From Microcoleaceae cyanobacterium (GTDB lineage Bacteria > Cyanobacteriota > Cyanobacteriia > Cyanobacteriales > Microcoleaceae), in the NCBI GenBank assembly GCA_051652765.1, contig JBOFUV010000071.1:32001-96000 (forward strand): a DNA stretch of 64,000 nt, read 5' to 3'. Shown here in pieces: positions 61,234-64,000 of this stretch. Every line of letters starts with the position of its first letter. Positions within the stretch are counted from its first letter, which is position 1. A model generated the notes under the pieces. It was not told the DNA's origin. It saw only the letters and a list, made by a program, of their open reading frames with translations, and made no database searches. A program made the position numbers and the translations under genes.

Positions 61234-62112
61234 TTGGAGTTAAGACGACAAGATATGATACAGTCTTCAGCGAAAAATTCGGTGCAAGAGTCTATAAAAG
61301 AGATTCAGAAGAAAATTAAAAAGTTTTTGCTCCTGAAAGTGGGTGTTAATATCCTTTGGAGCTTTGAAAAAGTGATTCCCAAATTTTCTTTACTGGGGGA
61401 CAAGCCATTTTTTGAGCGGGAACAACTCGATTGGGTTCCAGAACTTGAAGCAAACTGGTCTTTGATTCGGAAAGAACTGGATGAAATTCTGAAATATCGA
61501 GATGAGCTGCCCAATTTCCAAGATATTACACCTGACATTGCTGCTAGCACGAGTTTGGATAATCTTTGGAAAACCTACTTCTTTTATGGTTACGGGATTA
61601 AGGTAGAAAATAGCTGCCGTCGCTGTCCAGAAACTGCCCGCACCTTGGAAAAAATTCCGGGTTTAAAGACTGCGTTCTTCTCAATTTTATTGCCTGGAAA
61701 ACACATTGCCGAACATCGAGGCCCCTATAAAGGCGTGTTGCGTTGTTTATTGGGCTTGAAAATTCCTCAACCCCAAGAATTATGTCGGCTTCGTGTAGCC
61801 AATGAAGTCCGCTATTGGGAGGAGGGAAAATGTCTTTTATTTGATGATTCTTTTCCCCATGAAGCCTGGAACGAAACCGATGAAACTCGTGTGGTTTTAT
61901 TCATTGATTTTGTCCATCCGCTGAAATTTCCAGTATCCCTGATCAATCGGTTCTTTATTCAGTTGATTGCCCTTTCTCCCTTCATTCAGGATTCTGGCCG
62001 CAATCAGCAAAAATGGGATCAACGATTAGAGAAGGTATTTGCCAAGGACAAAAACCCAGAAGCGTTGAATTCAGAATCCCTAAATTCAGAAGCGTTGAAA
62101 TCCAAAATTTAG
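61234..62112 (+). CDS. Aspartyl/asparaginyl beta-hydroxylase family (LpxO-like) dioxygenase
   Basis: LEANW..IRKE, AFFSILLPGKHIAEHRG, WEEGK...FDDSFPHEAWN; likely start ATG 61255. Confidence 0.88.
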   Translation: MELRRQDMIQSSAKNSVQESIKEIQKKIKKFLLLKVGVNILWSFEKVIPKFSLLGDKPFFEREQLDWVPELEANWSLIRKELDEILKYRDELPNFQDITPDIAASTSLDNLWKTYFFYGYGIKVENSCRRCPETARTLEKIPGLKTAFFSILLPGKHIAEHRGPYKGVLRCLLGLKIPQPQELCRLRVANEVRYWEEGKCLLFDDSFPHEAWNETDETRVVLFIDFVHPLKFPVSLINRFFIQLIALSPFIQDSGRNQQKWDQRLEKVFAKDKNPEALNSESLNSEALKSKI

Positions 62113-62371
62113 CCTTCAACCCTGCGATCCAGGCGACTACTCCATATTCCCGGTGGGGCAATAGGAACCCCTCTATAACTTAGTGGTCTAACGATTGAGT
62201 TATGCCGCGATCGCGACTCAGTTTACAAGGGCAAGCACAGGACAATGCCTTTGCACTCATCTTGTTCACTACAATCAATCAAGTAGTAGCAATTCATCGA
62301 TTACCTGTCTAACTGGCATCCGATCATTTTCTTGCTGATGCCGAAGATAATAACCAATCGTGATGTAAACG

Positions 62372-62809
62372 TCAGACAAGGAAAGCGTTGAGTACCTTTG
62401 CACAATGGTTTCTGGAGAAGCACCATCCAAGTGTAATTCCAGAAACTAGAAAATGTCTGAAATCGTATCCATTTAGATACATCCATCGAGCAATCTCTCC
62501 AACTGTGCGCCCCTTCTCTCCAAAACTACCAACATTTATCCCCTGAATTAATGTCATTAAGGGTGCTGGTAAACCCATTGGTGTAGCCACATCAGAAATC
62601 AGATGTCCAAGTTGGCGAAGAATTGCTTCAATGAGTCCAACAGGTTCAAGATTAGACCAAGCGGCTCCTTGTATCCATGTATGGGTATGGGTCAGATTAT
62701 CATAGGAGAACCCAGTACTGGTTCCTCGCATAATGTCCAAAACACCAAAAACAAAGCCGAGAACTGGATCATGCCCCAAAGATTGAAAGCGATGTGATTT
62801 AGGAAACAT
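62372..62809 (-). pseudogene. Probable fragment of a larger hypothetical membrane protein
   Basis: Begins abruptly at HRFQSLGHDP, hydrophobic GLPAP region, ends in non-protein-like sequence; flanked by attC-like halves. Confidence 0.45.
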
Positions 62810-62893
62810 GCCCGCAATACGTTCAACTCCGCAATCTTGTTCTGAACGGATTGAAAAAGCTAGCTTAAACTGGGTTGTTAGCCCTCACCTGCA

Positions 62894-63577
62894 TCATAGC
62901 AATCCTCGTTTTTTCAACTTGGCTATAGCATCTTCAGCAGCTTGTTTTTCTGCATCCTTCTTGCTACGACCTTTACCTTCACCGTAGAGCTTATCATCCA
63001 CATAAACCTTAGAAAAAAACTCTGGAGCATGATCTGCTCCACCTAATTTTTCTGTGACATACTTCGGAGGAATCTTTGCCCCATTTGCCTGCGCGAATTC
63101 TTGAAACTTATTTTTTGAGTCTACACTTGAACGAACTACCATAACGCCTTCAGGTACAGAGTCAAATAGTTGTTTTACTAAAGGACGCAGTGCTTCAATG
63201 TCTTGCTTGTTATCCAAATAGTAAGCCCCTATAACGGCTTCAAAGCTGCTGCTAAGCAGATTTGGATTTTGATAACCGCCCTCACGGATTGCACCTTGCC
63301 CTAGTCGCATTCTGAAATCCAATCCAACTTCAATCGCAAATCTAGCGAGTTGTTTTTCGTCTACAAGGGCTGCTCGTCGTCGTGTCATCTCATCTTCTCC
63401 CATTTCAGGATGAACCTGATAAAGGTATTCACCACTGATGAAATTGAGAATTGCATCACCCAGAAACTCCAGCCGCTCATTATCTCCACCTTCCCCAGGA
63501 TTTTCATTGATATATGAGCGATGAGTTAGCGATCGGCGGAGAAGTTTCTCGTCATTAAACATCAAGAGTTTGTGCAT
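62894..63577 (-). CDS. rnc: Ribonuclease III (probably a secondary paralog)
   Basis: LTHRSY, NERLEFLGDAIL signature, FEAVIGAYYLD, C-terminal dsRBD (GKGRSKKDAEKQAA). Confidence 0.93.
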   Translation of the reverse strand: MHKLLMFNDEKLLRRSLTHRSYINENPGEGGDNERLEFLGDAILNFISGEYLYQVHPEMGEDEMTRRRAALVDEKQLARFAIEVGLDFRMRLGQGAIREGGYQNPNLLSSSFEAVIGAYYLDNKQDIEALRPLVKQLFDSVPEGVMVVRSSVDSKNKFQEFAQANGAKIPPKYVTEKLGGADHAPEFFSKVYVDDKLYGEGKGRSKKDAEKQAAEDAIAKLKKRGLL

Positions 63578-63622
63578 TTTTTCCTCATCAAGATTTAGTT
63601 TCAGCCAGTATCAATTTATATT

Positions 63623-64000
63623 TTAGGCAGCAAAAAGATCGGCCTGTAACAACTGAAACGCTTGAGCTTTTCCCTGGACTTTGATGCCAATTAAACCATC
63701 TTCAGCAACAGATTCTGCAAACTGCTTAAAACGAGCAAACTTTTTTCCATTTCCACTTAAAATGGAGAATACACCTTGATAACCCGGAAAATTTTGATTT
63801 TTTCGCATCAGTTGGTTAATCATAGAAAACTCAGGGCATTTACCACCCATAATTGCAGTATAGATTGCCTCAAATAGACATTGAACAGCTTCTTCATAGG
63901 TAACCCCAGATGAATTACATAGATCCGAACAAATTGGCTCTGGCAATTGATCTATAAAACAAAATTCATCTGCACATTCAATCAGTTTCTGTTTGACATT
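63623..64000 (-). CDS. C-terminal part of probable NYN-domain protein (runs off window end)
   Basis: Frame open to the window edge: NVKQKLIECADEFCFIDQLPEPI resembles the NYN C-terminal L...ADEF motif, followed by a possible OST-HTH/LOTUS-like domain. Confidence 0.6.
   Translation of the reverse strand, partial: NVKQKLIECADEFCFIDQLPEPICSDLCNSSGVTYEEAVQCLFEAIYTAIMGGKCPEFSMINQLMRKNQNFPGYQGVFSILSGNGKKFARFKQFAESVAEDGLIGIKVQGKAQAFQLLQADLFAA

Overview
Chromosomal window of a cyanobacterium, probably a filamentous Oscillatoriales-like taxon (frequent HIP1 octamer GCGATCGC; petN, an HLIP gene, hpsL, pilA-ogtA-type locus). Most of it is housekeeping or envelope-related: accC 5' end, tRNA-Leu(GAG), glmM, hpsL, sdhB, glutamate dehydrogenase, mfd, petN, phytol kinase, fused pyrF/pyrE, a second RNase III, plus a type IV pilin locus with an O-GlcNAc-type transferase and methyl/glycosyltransferases. 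The most unusual part is a ~7.2-kb insert (52012-59333) bounded by a 144-bp direct repeat. The repeat duplicates the upstream region and 5' end of a fatty acyl-AMP ligase gene and ends 7 bp after a HIP1 site. The insert carries a three-gene operon: an uncharacterised 1253-aa protein with pore-former/translocase-like sequence features, a T4-type lysozyme and a Tle1/DUF2235-like lipase. It also contains a divergent, truncated integron-integrase stub with an attI-like core, two MITE-like elements and an 8-unit array with exact 22-bp periodicity. Other notable items are a gdh - two 2OG dioxygenases - sdhB - hli co-oriented run, an orphan RiPP recognition element fused to a lasso-leader-like motif, and attC-like halves near the RNase III/NYN pair. 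All functional calls come from reading motifs by eye; no searches were run.
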